From Cenococcum geophilum (Eukaryota), in the NCBI GenBank assembly GCA_050273025.1, contig CP158635.1, positions 27,962,001 through 28,026,000 on the forward strand: a DNA stretch of 64,000 bases, given 5' to 3'. Positions within the stretch are counted from its first letter, which is position 1, and every line of letters starts with the position of its first letter. Shown here in pieces: positions 1 through 12,331 of this stretch. The notes under the pieces were generated by a model. That model saw only the letters and a list, made by a program, of their open reading frames with translations. It searched no databases and was not told the DNA's origin. Made by a program: the position numbers and the translations under genes.

Positions 1-3000
1 CCTTATACCTAGTGAAGAGTTATTAGATACCTAGAGACTTGCTATAGTCCTTAAGGCCCTAGCCTAACGTACAGTATTAGTATTATTATGGTCCGCGAAG
101 GTTACGGACCCCCCGTTGCTTATAGACGGAACCGACCCTATATTTGACAATTGGAAGCTTTAATTATAGGATAAGCTCGAAGTTAATGCGGATTACTTCC
201 CTACTACTTGGGCTAAAATGGCCTACGTCTTTGGCCGTACCGGTAGGGACGCATAGACGTACCTACGTCCTCAATATATATAGGACTTGGCAGATCCCTT
301 CCTCTCTAAAGAAGAGATAATTATGTACCTGTCTTCTATCTATAAGGACCCCTTTAAAGTATAGAACGCTCGACTTAATTATAAAAGCCTAAATATAAAA
401 ACGACGGAGACCTTCTCGGCCTTTTAGACCCGCTTTCTATACCTAGCCAGCTAGGCTTGAATTCCCCAGGAAGATTTAATGCTAGACCTATTTAATAAGC
501 TTACCCTAGACTTGCAGCGAGCTATACTACTAGTTTTTACTACTATATAGACACTAAAGGAACTTACGGACTAGTGCTTAGCTATTAACTAAGGCCTCCG
601 CCGAATTAAGGTACGCGCTAAACGGTATAAAGCTAGAAACCCTTTAAATCAGACCATAGGCAATATAAGAACGGCCCATAATGCCCTAGCACGATCAGCA
701 ACCCCTATAGCACTACCTGTATAGCCTGCTACTAATTTAACAGCTAGCTATGCGGCCAGCCCTACCACGGGTCTGGCAAATGCTCGGCCTATATATAGCA
801 ACCCCTATATATAGGCCCTTAGTGATTAAGGAGCTTGCTTCTCTTGCGGTTAAAAAGGCTACTATATAAAGGATTGTTTAACAAATATAAAAGCGGACAA
901 GGTCCTATTAATCTAGGAGGATAGCGTAGAGTTGGAAAAAGAGGAACCCTAGAGGAAGACTCCTCTTTAGGGTTAAAAGGGATTAATATATCAGATGTTA
1001 ATTTAGGTCGGCTAGTTAGTAAAAGAAGCTGCACTATCCCTTATACTTTATTCCGTAATAGATACCAAGTTTTAACCTCTACTTTAGCTAACTCTGGAGT
1101 AAATGCCTTTACCTTAATAGACACCTAGTATGCCGTAAAGCTAGCTGACTTTCTAAATGCACCTATTAAAGAACTACCCAAACTAATTCCTATCCGTGGG
1201 TATAACGGGCGGATAGGACTACCTATTATAACTATCTTGCGGATTTACCTCCGTGTTAACAGACGAAGGCAGTATAACGCCCCCTTCCTTATTATGGACC
1301 TAGGTAGCTATAATATGATTTTAGGGCGAAAATGGCTAGCCTATTTAGGCTTATAGCTCGACGTATAGAGTAGACGGCTTATCTAGCCCGAAACCCTACC
1401 CCTAACCCCTTCCTTTATAAAAGAAATCAGCATTACAATGGAAAACCTTATACGGCCCTAGATTAATACTATTTACTAGGCCGATGTTGTGCGTAGAGAC
1501 TAGGCCTTTGAGAAAGATATATAGCTTAATTTGCAACGGATCCGTATACTACGTTGCCCCTAGACTACCTATATCACGCCACCCGCATTAAAGATCTAGG
1601 AAGTTAGTAGTGACCTAAAAAAGCCCCCTATAGAGAGCTTAGGCCCTATGTAGCTACGAAGAATAGTAAGGGATATTAGACGTTATACTAAACTGATAGA
1701 TCGGAGGGACAACCTATAAAAGATAGAATAGGAGCTAAGAAAGATTATAAACCCTAGACCGCAAAATATAGTCCGGAAAACGGCTATAAGGAAACTAGCG
1801 GACCTCCCACTAGTTAATATCTGCTGTATTAGTGCCGTAGGATTTTACCGGAACTTGGTTTAGCCTAATACCGTTGCCTTTACGACAAGCTTATACAAAA
1901 TTGATTAAATAATTAAGGAAAAGGGAAGTGAGCTTAGCGGATAAGAAAGTGAGCTTATAAATAAGGAACTAGTAGAACAAAAGCTGCCCTATTAACACCA
2001 GAAATTTAAGGACATATTCTCTAAAGTAGTGTCTAATATACTTCCACCTTACCGACCGTATAACTATAAGATTGAGATTAAGCAGGGCAAAGAAAATACC
2101 CTTAGCTTTAGCCCCCTTTATAAGCAGTTTATTACCGAATTGCAGGCTATAAAGTAGTATTTTATTAATAACCTAAATAAGGGCTTTATTAAGCCTAGCT
2201 AAGCCCCTTTTGCCTTACCTATTCTCTTTATTAAAAAGCTAAATAGAGGACTCTGCTTCTGTATTAACTACTATAAGCTAAATAATATAACCCGCAAGGA
2301 CCGCTATCCGCTGCCCCTACTTAATAAGACTCTAGCCTAAATAAGTAGAGCTAAAGTCTTTATAAAGCTTGATATCCGCTAGGCCTTCTACTAAATTAGG
2401 ATAGACCCTGGGTCTGAAGATCTTACTATATTTTAGACCCGTTACGGAACGTATAAATATAAAGTGCTCCCTTTTAGACTAACCAACGGACTAGTTACGT
2501 ACTAGCGGTATATAAACGATGTACTCTTTAACTACCTTAACGATTTCTGTACGGCCTATTTGGATAATATTATAATTTACTTTAAGAATAAGCTAGAATA
2601 CGAGGAGCACGTCTATAAAGTCCTACAACGGCTCCGCGAGGCTGGCCTCTAGGTTAATATTAAGAAGTTAGAGTTTAGTGTTAAGCGTATAAAGTACCTA
2701 GGTTTTATTATTAGTATAAACGGAATTAAAACCGACCCAGAGAAGACGGCCGTAATTAACTAGTAGGCACCCCTACGGACCGTAAAGGGGGTACAATCCT
2801 TTTTAGGGTTTTATAACTTCTACTAACGCTTTATTAAAAACTATAGTAGGATTGCCCGGCCTCTTAACCGTCTTACTAGAAAAGACTAGCCCTTCCACTT
2901 TAACGCTATATATAGGCAGGCCTTTAATAAGCTTAAGAAACGGCTGGTATCGGCTCCCCTACTTGCCTATTTTAACCTAGAATAGCCCTTAATACTAGAA

Positions 3001-5283
3001 ACTGATGCCTTAGACGGCGCGATAGCTGGTATTTTTTCCCAGAAGCAACCGGACGGAGAGTGGCACCCTATTATATACTATTTGAAGACTATAATAGATG
3101 CTAAGCTAAATTACTATATCCATAATAAAGAAATGCTGGCTATTATCTCTAGCTTTTAGCACTGGCGTGTATAGCTAGAGGGGACCCCTAAGCCGATTAA
3201 GGTAGTTTTAGATTATAAGGCCCTAGAATACTTTATGATAACTAAGGCCCTTATGGCCCGGCAGGCACATTAGGCGGATACCCTATCTTAGTTTAACTTC
3301 TTAATTATATATAGACCAGGCGCTATAAACCGTGCGGACGCTCTTATAAGGCGCGAGCAAGACCTAAATAACTAGATAGCTGCAAAGATCTTACTACGGA
3401 CCTAGATGCTACTATAACTAGAATACCTTAACCCCCGGATACGGGCAGAACTAAGTATAGACTCTTTAGGCGCCAAGATATATCCTGTTAACTCCTCTAA
3501 ACTTGACCTTATTAATAAACTACTACAGGCCAATTAAACGACCCCCTCTTTACAGGAATACCGTGAAAAGGCAAAGAACGTTACTAGCCTATAGTCCCTT
3601 AAAAACGGACTACATAAGCACTAGGAATGGCTAGTAGTAGCTAAGGAACAGAACTTACGGACCTAGCTTATTGCCGAAGCTTATACCCAGGTCTCTACGG
3701 CCTACCCTAGAAAAAATAAGACCCGTAAAATTATTGGTGACCGCTACTACTAGCCCGGAATAGTTATAAATATTAACCGTTATGTACGGAACTGCAACAG
3801 CTGCCGTAGATCTATAATTCTACGAGATAAGACCCTAGGATTATTGAAACCTCTTCTAATACCTAATCGCCCCTAGCAGTATATCTCTATAGACTTCTAT
3901 AAGCTACCTATAGACCGCGACGGATATAATATGGTTATAATTTTAGTTAACCGCTTTGGTAAGCGCCCGTTTTTAATTCCCTGTTATAAAAATATTAATG
4001 CTAAGGAGGCGGCCCGACTATATATCTACTACGTCTACCGTATTTACGGACTACTAGATACTATTATATCCAATCGCGGCCCGTAATTTATATTGGCCTT
4101 CTGAAACGAGTTTACCTAGATCCTAGGTATTAGGTTAAAGCTTTCTATAGTATACCACCCCCAGATAGACGGCCAGACGGAGATTATAAATTAATATTTA
4201 GATTAGAGACTCCGGCCTTTTATTAACTACTTCCAAGACAACTAGGGCAAACTGCTACCCCTAATAAACTACGCCCAGGCGACCCTACCCTATAACTCTA
4301 CGGGATTTGCACCTATTTAACTAGAAATAGGGTATTTACCCTAAATAAGCTTTGACTGGGATAGACGGACTGTACGCGAGAAACTATCTTATAAGGAAGC
4401 CCAGCAGTACGCTAAGCGCTTAGAAGAAGCCTAGATGGTAGCCTGTATAAATCTAGAAAAGGCCTAAAAATTAATGGAATAGTAGGCAAATAAGTATAGG
4501 CGCGAACCCGACTTTACCGTAGGCGATATAGTCTAGGTTATGATAAAGAACTAGAAGACGGAACGGCCTAGCCGTAAGCTAGACTATTAGATGGCGGGAC
4601 CATATAAGGTCCTTAAGAAGATAGGTAACTTATACAAAGTAAAGCTCCCAGATTCGATTAAGGTTTACCCCGTTTTCTTACCGGATAAGCTACGGAAAGC
4701 TACGAATGACCTATTGCCTGGATAAAAGAACGAACCTCCCCTACCAATTTAAGTTAATGGCGATAACGAATAGGAAATTAAAGAAGTACTAGCCTGTAAA
4801 CTAGTAAGGAAAACGCTAAAGTACCGCGTTAGTTGGAAAGGCTATAACCCAGATCCTACCTAGTACCCTGTATGGAACTTTATTAGCAGTCCCTATAAGC
4901 TTTAAGAATTCTATAACTGCTACCCTAATAAACCAGGACCCCTAAAGTACCTAGACGAGTGGATGAAGTGCTAGTATAGCGAAGATAATAAGCTACCGGA
5001 AGAATATAAAGATAAGAACGCCCTATAAGTATAATACGGACTATAAAGCCTAAGGGCAGGCTTTTGCGGAGGGGGGGGGTAATATTACGGCACTGGCAGA
5101 ACTTGGTAGAACTTCGCGGTCACGTGACTAAAGGACCGTATAAAAGAACCCTACTTCGACCGGCGCTGCTCTTCTTCTCCTTTCCTTTCTCTAGCTTTAG
5201 ATCCTCGTTTATAGACTACCAATCGTATAGGCTTGCGCGTCCCTCTTGCCGTGCTCGTACCTTAATTGACTAAGTCGCTAACA
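1..5283 (+). mobile_element. Ty3/Gypsy chromovirus LTR retrotransposon, family 1, RIP-inactivated; 5' end lies outside the window
   Basis: Manual translation through RIP stops gives the gag zinc knuckle GACFSCG*KGYYIKDC (~830-877), protease LANSG (from DSG, ~1085), RT AYLDN (from YLDD, ~2555), RNase H ETDALD/WHPIIY (~3000-3075), integrase YHPQIDGQTE (~4150) and chromodomain YRVSWKGY (~4820). A polypurine tract GGAGGGGGGGGG (5068-5079) precedes the 3' LTR. Strong TpA excess and many stops. Confidence 0.95.
5083..5283 (+). repeat. 3' LTR of family-1 Gypsy element (~201 bp)
   Basis: Begins TATTACGG (RIP of TG...) just after the PPT and ends GTCGCTAACA. Both ends are shared with the solo LTR at 49199-49454. 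Confidence 0.85.
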
Positions 5284-6600
5284 CTATATCAATCACGTAT
5301 AAAACAATTGGGTATTACTATTACTAGTTACATAGTTTATATACAATATAACACCATAAGAAGGAATAGGTACGTTACTATTTAAGGCAAATTATAGATA
5401 CGAGCTAAGAATATTGTTATTACCACGTTAAGTAAAGAAGATAAGTAGCACAGCTAAGTAAAGGATGGAGATATTAATAAATCTTTATAAGAACCTTACG
5501 GAAACAGCTAAAGTAGTATAGCAAAGAATAAAGAAATACTATAATACTAAGAGATCTAAGGGACTAGATCTAAAGGAGGGAAATAAAGTATGGCTACTAC
5601 ATAAAAATTTTAAAAGTCAACGACTAAGCAAAAAGTTAGACTATATTAGACTAGGACCTTTCGAAATTATATAAAGGATTTTACCGGTTATATATAAGTT
5701 AAACCTACTAGCTAAGATAAAAATCTACCCTATATAGCACATTATAATGCTAGAGCTAGCATACAGGAATATTAAGCCACCAATTTATAAAGTAGACACG
5801 TATAGAGGATAGGAAGAAGATAAATAGCAAGTTTTAAAAATCGTTAGTTATAAGGACGTTAATAATAAAATATAGTACAAGGTTAAGTAGATAGGCTATA
5901 ATAAGACTACCTAGGAACCACTAGAAAATTTAAAGAATGCTATAGGAAAGGTATAGGAGTATTAGAAAAAAATAGGTTAGGCAATATTAATAAGGAGGGA
6001 TTGCTAAAGAATAAATTACCTAAGGGGGACCTAGGAAGAGTGACTGCCAAACTACTTAGAGTTATTTCCTTTATAGGAGGAGAGCCGATTCTCTTATTAC
6101 CAAGTTCCTGTAGACCTTATTCTACAAGTTTCCACTCCTTAAAATAAACCTTCTTATATACTTTCTTAAGATAAAGAAAACGGGTAGACGCTATAATGCG
6201 AGTATTTAGGGCCTTCTGTTCTACATTATAGGAACATTTAAGCTTAGCGAGAGCCTACAATAGTTTACTATTAAGTTTTATAGTAGTACGTCAGGAAAAA
6301 ATTTACCAGCATCTGATTTTACTTTTTTGCCATTTTAGCATTTTCTAGCATTTCTAGCATTTTCTAGCATTTAGCAGCTAAATGCGGCATTTATTACTAA
6401 GTACTAGCATTTAGCGCCAAATGCCGCATTTATAATTGAGTATTAGCATTTAGCTGCATTTATAATTAAGTATTAGCATTTAGCTGCATTTATTACTAAG
6501 TACCAGCATTTAGCCGCCAAATGCTGCATTTATAATTAAATATTAGCATTTAGCTGCTAAATGCTAGAAAATGCTAAAATGGTAGAAAAGTAAAATTAAA

Positions 6601-7162
6601 TGCTGTATGAAGCTCTGCACGAAGTTCTGCACAAAGCTCTGCACAAAGCTCTGTACGAAGTTCTACACAAAGTTCTATACGAAGTTCTGCACGAAGCTCT
6701 GCACGAAGCTCTGCACGAAGTTCTACACGAAGTTCTACACGAAGTTCTGCACGAAGCTCTGCACGAAGTTCTACACGAAGTTCTACACGAAGTTCTGTAC
6801 GAAGCTCTGCACGAAGTTTTACACGAAGTTCTACACGAAGTTCTGCACGAAGCTCTGCACGAAGCTCTGCACGAAGTTCTACACGAAGTTCTGCACGAAG
6901 CTCTGCACGAAGCTCTACACGAAGCTCTGCACGAAGCCCTACACGAAGCTCTACACGAAGTTCTGCACGAAGTTCTACACGAAGCTCTGCACGAAGCTCT
7001 ACACGAAGCTCTGCACGAAGCTCTACGCGAAGCTCTGCACGAAGCTCTACGCGAAGCTCTGCATGAAGCTCTACACAAGGCTCTACATAAAGCTCTGCGT
7101 ACAGAGGCTCTGCATAAGGCTCTGCGCGAAGCTCTGCGTACGGAGGCTCTACACGAAGCTCC
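6601..7162 (+). repeat. 12-bp minisatellite (GAAGCTCTGCAC)n, about 45 units
   Basis: Directly visible tandem array. Variants are almost all C>T/G>A transitions, plus a 15-bp unit GCTCTGCGTACGGAG. Confidence 0.97.
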
Positions 7163-7299
7163 GCATCGGGTCCCCGCTATATTCCCGATAGCCTCTACAC
7201 GTGCCTCTGCCAAGTATACCCCCTATATACACCTAGGTAGCCACCTCATTTTTTACCCTTCCTTACATCCTCCCTACCTAGGAAGACACCAGAACGACA

Positions 7300-7480
7300 G
7301 CCAGCAGACGACCGTCGCCGGAGCTAGACGACCGTCAGAGCCAGACGACCGTCGTCAGAGCTAGACGACCGTCGCCGGAGCCAGATGACCGTCGCCAGAG
7401 CTGGACGACCGTCAGAGCCAGACGACCGTCGCCAGAGCTAGACGACCGTCGTCATCGCCACACGACCGTCGCCAGAGCCA
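7300..7480 (+). repeat. 17/20-bp minisatellite (GACGACCGTCGCCAGAGCTA)n
   Basis: About 9 visible units. Confidence 0.9.
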
Positions 7481-7552
7481 CACGACAACCGTTCGAACGA
7501 CCAGCCAGCGAACACGATAAACGATTCGATCGATCGATTGAATCAAGGTAAC

Positions 7553-7761
7553 ATAGACGGGTAGGCATAGATAGGTAGGCATAGATGGGTGGGTATAGAC
7601 AGACAGATAGACAGACAGATAGACAGATAGACGGGCGGATGGGTAGGTAAGCAGGCAGGCAGGCAGGCGGGTAGGCAGGTAGGTAGGTAGGTAGGTAGGT
7701 AGGTAGACAGGCAGGTAGGTAGGTAGGCAGGCAGGCAGGTAGGTCGGTAGGTAGGTAGGTA
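7553..7761 (+). repeat. Compound tetranucleotide microsatellite (GGTA/GGCA/GACA/GATA)n
   Basis: Directly visible. Confidence 0.95.
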
Positions 7762-7949
7762 AAAGAGAACCGTCGCTATATATTAAATTATCTAAAATAA
7801 TATAATTTTGCACCAACTATATAAACCAAGCAAATACTATTAAGTGTATAGGAAGAGCAAGATATATAGAATGCGCGAGGAGGGCATTATGTACAGAATG
7901 CACGAGGAGGGCATTATATATTAATTGCGCATTAAGTGTAAAATGCGCA

Positions 7950-8182
7950 ATTAGCTGCACCGCATTATTAAATACGGCAGTTAGCTGCACTGCGTTGTTA
8001 AATACAGCAGTATGCGGCAGTGCATTGTTAAATACAGCAGTATGCGGCAGTGCGTTGTTAAATACAGCAGTATACGGCAGTGCGTTGTTGAATATAGCAG
8101 TATGCGGCAGTATGCTGCATCGCATTATTAAATACAGCAGTATGCCGCACCGCATTATTGAATACGGCAGTATGCCGCACCT
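7950..8182 (+). repeat. 30-bp minisatellite (TGCGTTGTTAAATACAGCAGTATGCGGCAG)n
   Basis: About 7-8 visible units, in register across the 60-nt lines. Confidence 0.93.
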
Positions 8183-9129
8183 TAGTCGATACCATACGCT
8201 ACACGTTATAGTGCGCGGAATGCGCATTTGGCCGCCAAATGCTGCCAAATGCTGTAAAAATGCTGGTAAATTTTTTCCTAACGTAGTCTAAACGCAAGAC
8301 CCTATAACAAATTACTTAGGGAACTTAAAGACTATTAAGGAAAATAAGACGTGTATATTTAGCGTTAGAGATAGAGCGAACGTTATAGGACGAATAAATA
8401 TTCGCTTTAGTGCACTTTAAATAAAAAGAGGGTTGCCGAGAGAAAGGACTCGCTAACGTAATATAAACTAACCCCTCTTTCGTATAACGAGAACACGGAG
8501 ATAGTATAATCTCACTAAGCGATAGTATACTAGCAATAGTGCGAGCATACTATTACGCTTATAAAGAAGACGGAGGTTTAGAAACCTTAGGAGATATAAT
8601 AAGCAATAATATTAACTAAATTAATTAAACGGATATTATACCTCTAGTAAACAACTTAAAGATATTTAGAATCTTCAAGGACAAAGATAAGGAGGAGGGA
8701 GATAGTATTACGGACGCTTTAAGTACAATACTATAACTACTTAGAGAGGAGTTAGAGGAAGCTAGTTAGTTAATATAGGCACGGTTTAAGATAAAACCGG
8801 TAGAACTATATAATAAGGAATAGTAAGCGAGTTATATAATGTTATATGCAGTATACGTAGTATATAAAGGAAACGTACGTATAATACGTATAATATATAC
8901 ATTACGTATAAGAAGGATTTTATAGGAGTACGGTTGTGTATTTAAGGACCCTTAGTCCCTACCTAGATAGTTCCTTCCTTATAGTAATTCTTAGAATATA
9001 ATTAGAGTTAATCTATTAGGTAACCACTCTACCAGTTATTATTACGTTATTGACTTTTATACTTGCATTTCCTACACACCTAGCCTAATAACAAGCCCAC
9101 CGTAGTTCTTGCTATAAGGTTCCGTTACA

Positions 9130-12100
9130 GTTTTACAATTACTACAGAAGGTTTATAGCGCAATAGTTAAAGAATGTTAAGCCATTTACGCGGTTAATAA
9201 AGAAAGAAGAACTATAGGTATGGGGAAAAGAATAATAAGAGCTATTTAAGGAAGTTAAGAGGTTGTTTACCTAAGAGCCAGTTCTTAAAATCTATTAATT
9301 AGGACTAGAGACGGTTATAGAAACAGATGCATTAAACTTTACACTAGAAGCATACTTTATATAAAAGCATCTAGATGGATAGTATCTAGTAGCATACTAT
9401 AGTTAAAAGATAATACCACCAGAACTAAACTATAACATCTATAATAAGGAGTTATTAAGTATAATTATAGCACTAAAGAAATAAAGAGCATTCTTACAAG
9501 GTATAGAAAAACTATTTATAGTTAAGACGGATTATAAGAACCTAATAGGATTCTTAATAATAAAGGAACTTAACTAAAGATAGGTTAGATAGGCAGAGAT
9601 GCTTATAGAATACTATTTTAAGATTTAGTATACTAAGGGTATAGATAATACAAGAGCAGATGCTCTAAGTTAAAAGGCTAAACTATAAAATAATAAGAAG
9701 CCATTAGGGGCTTTACTATAAAAAGACATAGATAGATTAATTAGGTACAATTATCCAAAGATTATAGCAACTTAGAGAAAATCTACAAGATACCAGAAAG
9801 CTTTTAGGCATAGAGAATTCTAAAAGCATAGCTAGAAGATCTATAGACGGATATATACGAAAACTAAGAAGTAAAGTATATCCTAAGAAGTATAGTAGAG
9901 CACTTTATAGAAGATTTCTATAAGGGATTAACTTAAGGACATAATGGGGCCATAAGCTTAGTATTAAGACTCTAAGAGGAATATATTATTAACGGAATCT
10001 AGAGGATAGCTAGGAAGGTCACTAGAGAATATCTAAATTGCTAAAGAAATAAACTAATAAGTCATAAGCTATATAGAGGGCTATAACCTATTAAAATACT
10101 AAAGAGACTATGGGAGGTTATATTATAGGACTTTATTATTAAGTTACTAAAATTAAAAGATCCTATTACTAGGTAAGATTATAACGCAATCTTAGTAATA
10201 GTAGATAAGCTTATAAAGTAGGGATACTTTATAGCATATACAGAAGAGATATTAGTAGAAGATATCGCTAGAATCTATATTAAGGAAGTATTCGCAAGAT
10301 ATAGAGCACTAAGCAAGATTATATTAAATAGAGATTTAAGATTCGTAGCAGCATTCTAGGAGGTATTCTTAGCGGAGTAAGGAGTTTAAGCAGCAACTTC
10401 TACCGTATATTATCCGTAAACAGACAGTTAAACGGAAAGACTAAATTAGATACTAGAGCAGTATCTAAAATACTATATTAATTACGTATAGAACAATTGG
10501 GTATTACTATTACTAGTTATATAGTTTATATATAATGTAACACCACAAGAAGGAATTGGTATATTACTATTTAAGGCGAATTATGGATATAAGCTAAAAA
10601 TATTATTATCGCTATACTAAGTAAAGAAAATAAGTAGCATAGCTAAGTAGAGAATGGAGACTTTAATAAATCTTTATAAGAACCTTATAGGAATAGCTAA
10701 GGTAGTATAGCAAAGAATAAAGAAATACTATAATGCTAAGAGATCTAAGGGACCAGATCTTAAGAAGGGGGATAAAGTATAGCTACTATACAAAAATTTT
10801 AAAAGTTAATAACTAAGCAAGAAGTTAGACCACGTTAGACTAGGACCTTTTAAAATTACGTAAAGAATTTTACTAGTTACATTTAAGTTAAACCTACTAG
10901 CTAAAATGAAAATCTACTCTATATAATACATTGTAATGCTAAAACCAGTATATGGAAATATTAAGCCACTAGTTTATAAGGCAGATATATATAGAGGATA
11001 GGAAGAAGATAAATAGTAAGTTTTAAAGATTATTAGTTATAAGGACGTTAATAATAAGATATAGTATAAAGTAAAGTAGATAGGCTATAATAAGACTACC
11101 TAGGAGCTATTAAAGAATTTAAAGAATGCTATAGGAAAGGTATAGGAGTATCGGAAGAAAATAGGTCAGGTAATATTAATAAGGAGGAATTACTAAAGAA
11201 CGAGTTACCTAAGGGGGATTTAGGAAAAGCAACTACTAAACTACTTAAAGTTGTTTCCTTTATAGGAAGAGAGTCGGTTTTTTTATTACTAAGTTCTTAT
11301 AGACCTTATTTTATAAGTTTCTACTCCTTAAAATAAACCTTTTTACGTACCTTCTTAAGACGGATTAACTGAGTAAATATAGCAAGACGGGAATTAAGAG
11401 CACGTTATTAAGCATTAGCAGCCTCCTTTTTAGCGTTATAAGAATAATAAAGTTCCGCTAGAGTAACGGATAGTTTATTATTAAGCTTTGTAGCAGCTAA
11501 TTAAATATAAAACCCTATAACAAATTACTTAGGAAACTTAATAACTACTAAGAATAATAGGACGTATATACTTAGCGTTAGGAATAAAATAAATATTATA
11601 GAGCGATTAAACGTTTACTTTAGTGCACTTTAAATAAAAAGAGGGTTGCTAAGACAAAGGACTCGCTAACGTAATATAGACTAACCCCTCTTTCGCATAA
11701 CGAGAATATAGAGACGGTATTATCTTACTAAGTAACAGTATGGACGAGACCGTACGCGCATAATAAAAAGTTAAAGAAGAGGAAGACGCTTTAGGCATAA
11801 TAAGTAACGATATTAACCAAATTAATTAGATAGATATTATACCTCTAGTAAACGACTTAGAGATACTAGGTATCTTTAAGGACAAAAATAGAAAGGAGGG
11901 AGATAGTATTACGGACGCTTTAAGTACAATATTATAACTACTTAGAGAAGAGTTAAAAGAAGCTAGTTAGTTAATATAGGCACGGTCTAGAATAAAACCT
12001 ATAGAACCATATAACGAGGAATAGTAAGTAAGGTCACGTAATGTAATCTATATAATCTATATAATCTACGAGATCTATAATAGAGCGAATAGAGCAGATA

Positions 12101-12331
12101 GAGTAAATAGAGTAACGACTTTTATAGGAGTACGGTTGTATATTTAAGGACCCTTAATCCCTACCTAGATAGTTCCTTCCTCGTAATAATTCTTAGAATA
12201 CAATTGGAGTTAATCTATTAGGCAACCACTCCACCAGTTATTATTACGTTGTTGATTTTTATACCTGCATTTCCTATACACCTAGCCCAATAACGAGCCC
12301 ACCGTAGTTCTTACTACAAGGTTCCGTTATA
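9130..12331 (+). mobile_element. Gypsy family 2, copy B (RT C-terminus, RNase H, integrase, chromodomain, 3' region, 3' LTR 11907-12331), RIP-inactivated
   Basis: Starts mid-RT (FYNYYRRFI) right after the copy-A LTR. RNase H ETDALN ~9320, integrase YYP*TDS*TER ~10410, PPT ~11891-11906, LTR TATTACGGA...TCCGTTATA matching 8706-9129. Confidence 0.92.
11096..11798 (-). pseudogene. RIP-damaged antisense two-exon ORF inside Gypsy family 2: Zn2Cys6-like N-terminus plus helical region. Second copy at ~5910-6288 plus 8284-8597
   Basis: ATG at 11798 (MPKASSSS...). Both copies read in one frame, and reverting TAT to TGT gives C-x2-C-x6-C-x13-C-x2-C-x8-C. Putative 55-nt intron at 11515-11569. The 3' end is approximate. 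Confidence 0.7.

Larger units (their letters stand above)
6289..8283. mobile_element. Non-autonomous TIR DNA element (~2.0 kb, TA target duplication, Tc1/mariner/Pogo type) made of tandem-repeat arrays
   Basis: Left end TA|CGTCAGGAAAAAATTTACCAGCAT and right end ATGCTGGTAAATTTTTTCCTAACG|TA form a 24-bp TIR with one G>A mismatch. Removing the element and one TA restores the length seen in Gypsy copy B near 11495. Confidence 0.88.
5284..9129 (+). mobile_element. Gypsy family 2, copy A (integrase C-terminus, chromodomain, 3' region, 3' LTR), interrupted by a TIR element at 6289-8283
   Basis: 5284-6288 plus 8286-9129 are collinear with 10473-12331. PPT GGAGGAGGGAGATAG at 8691-8705; LTR 8706-9129 runs TATTACGGA...TCCGTTACA. 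Confidence 0.9.

Noticed and set aside
6596..7364. Long overlapping ORFs (LHEA)n, (CTKL)n and (CRAS)n resembling His- or Cys-rich metal-binding proteins
   Set aside because: They are translations of a 12-bp satellite. In these frames no C>T or G>A change can create a stop, so openness is expected. The same applies to 47818-48567.
6601..8182. CRISPR-like appearance of the repeat arrays
   Set aside because: Units are contiguous with no unique spacers, there are no cas genes, and the context is eukaryotic.
7412..8291. ORFs with (PTYL)n and (NNALPHTAVF)n
   Set aside because: Translations of tetranucleotide and 30-bp repeats inside a non-autonomous element.
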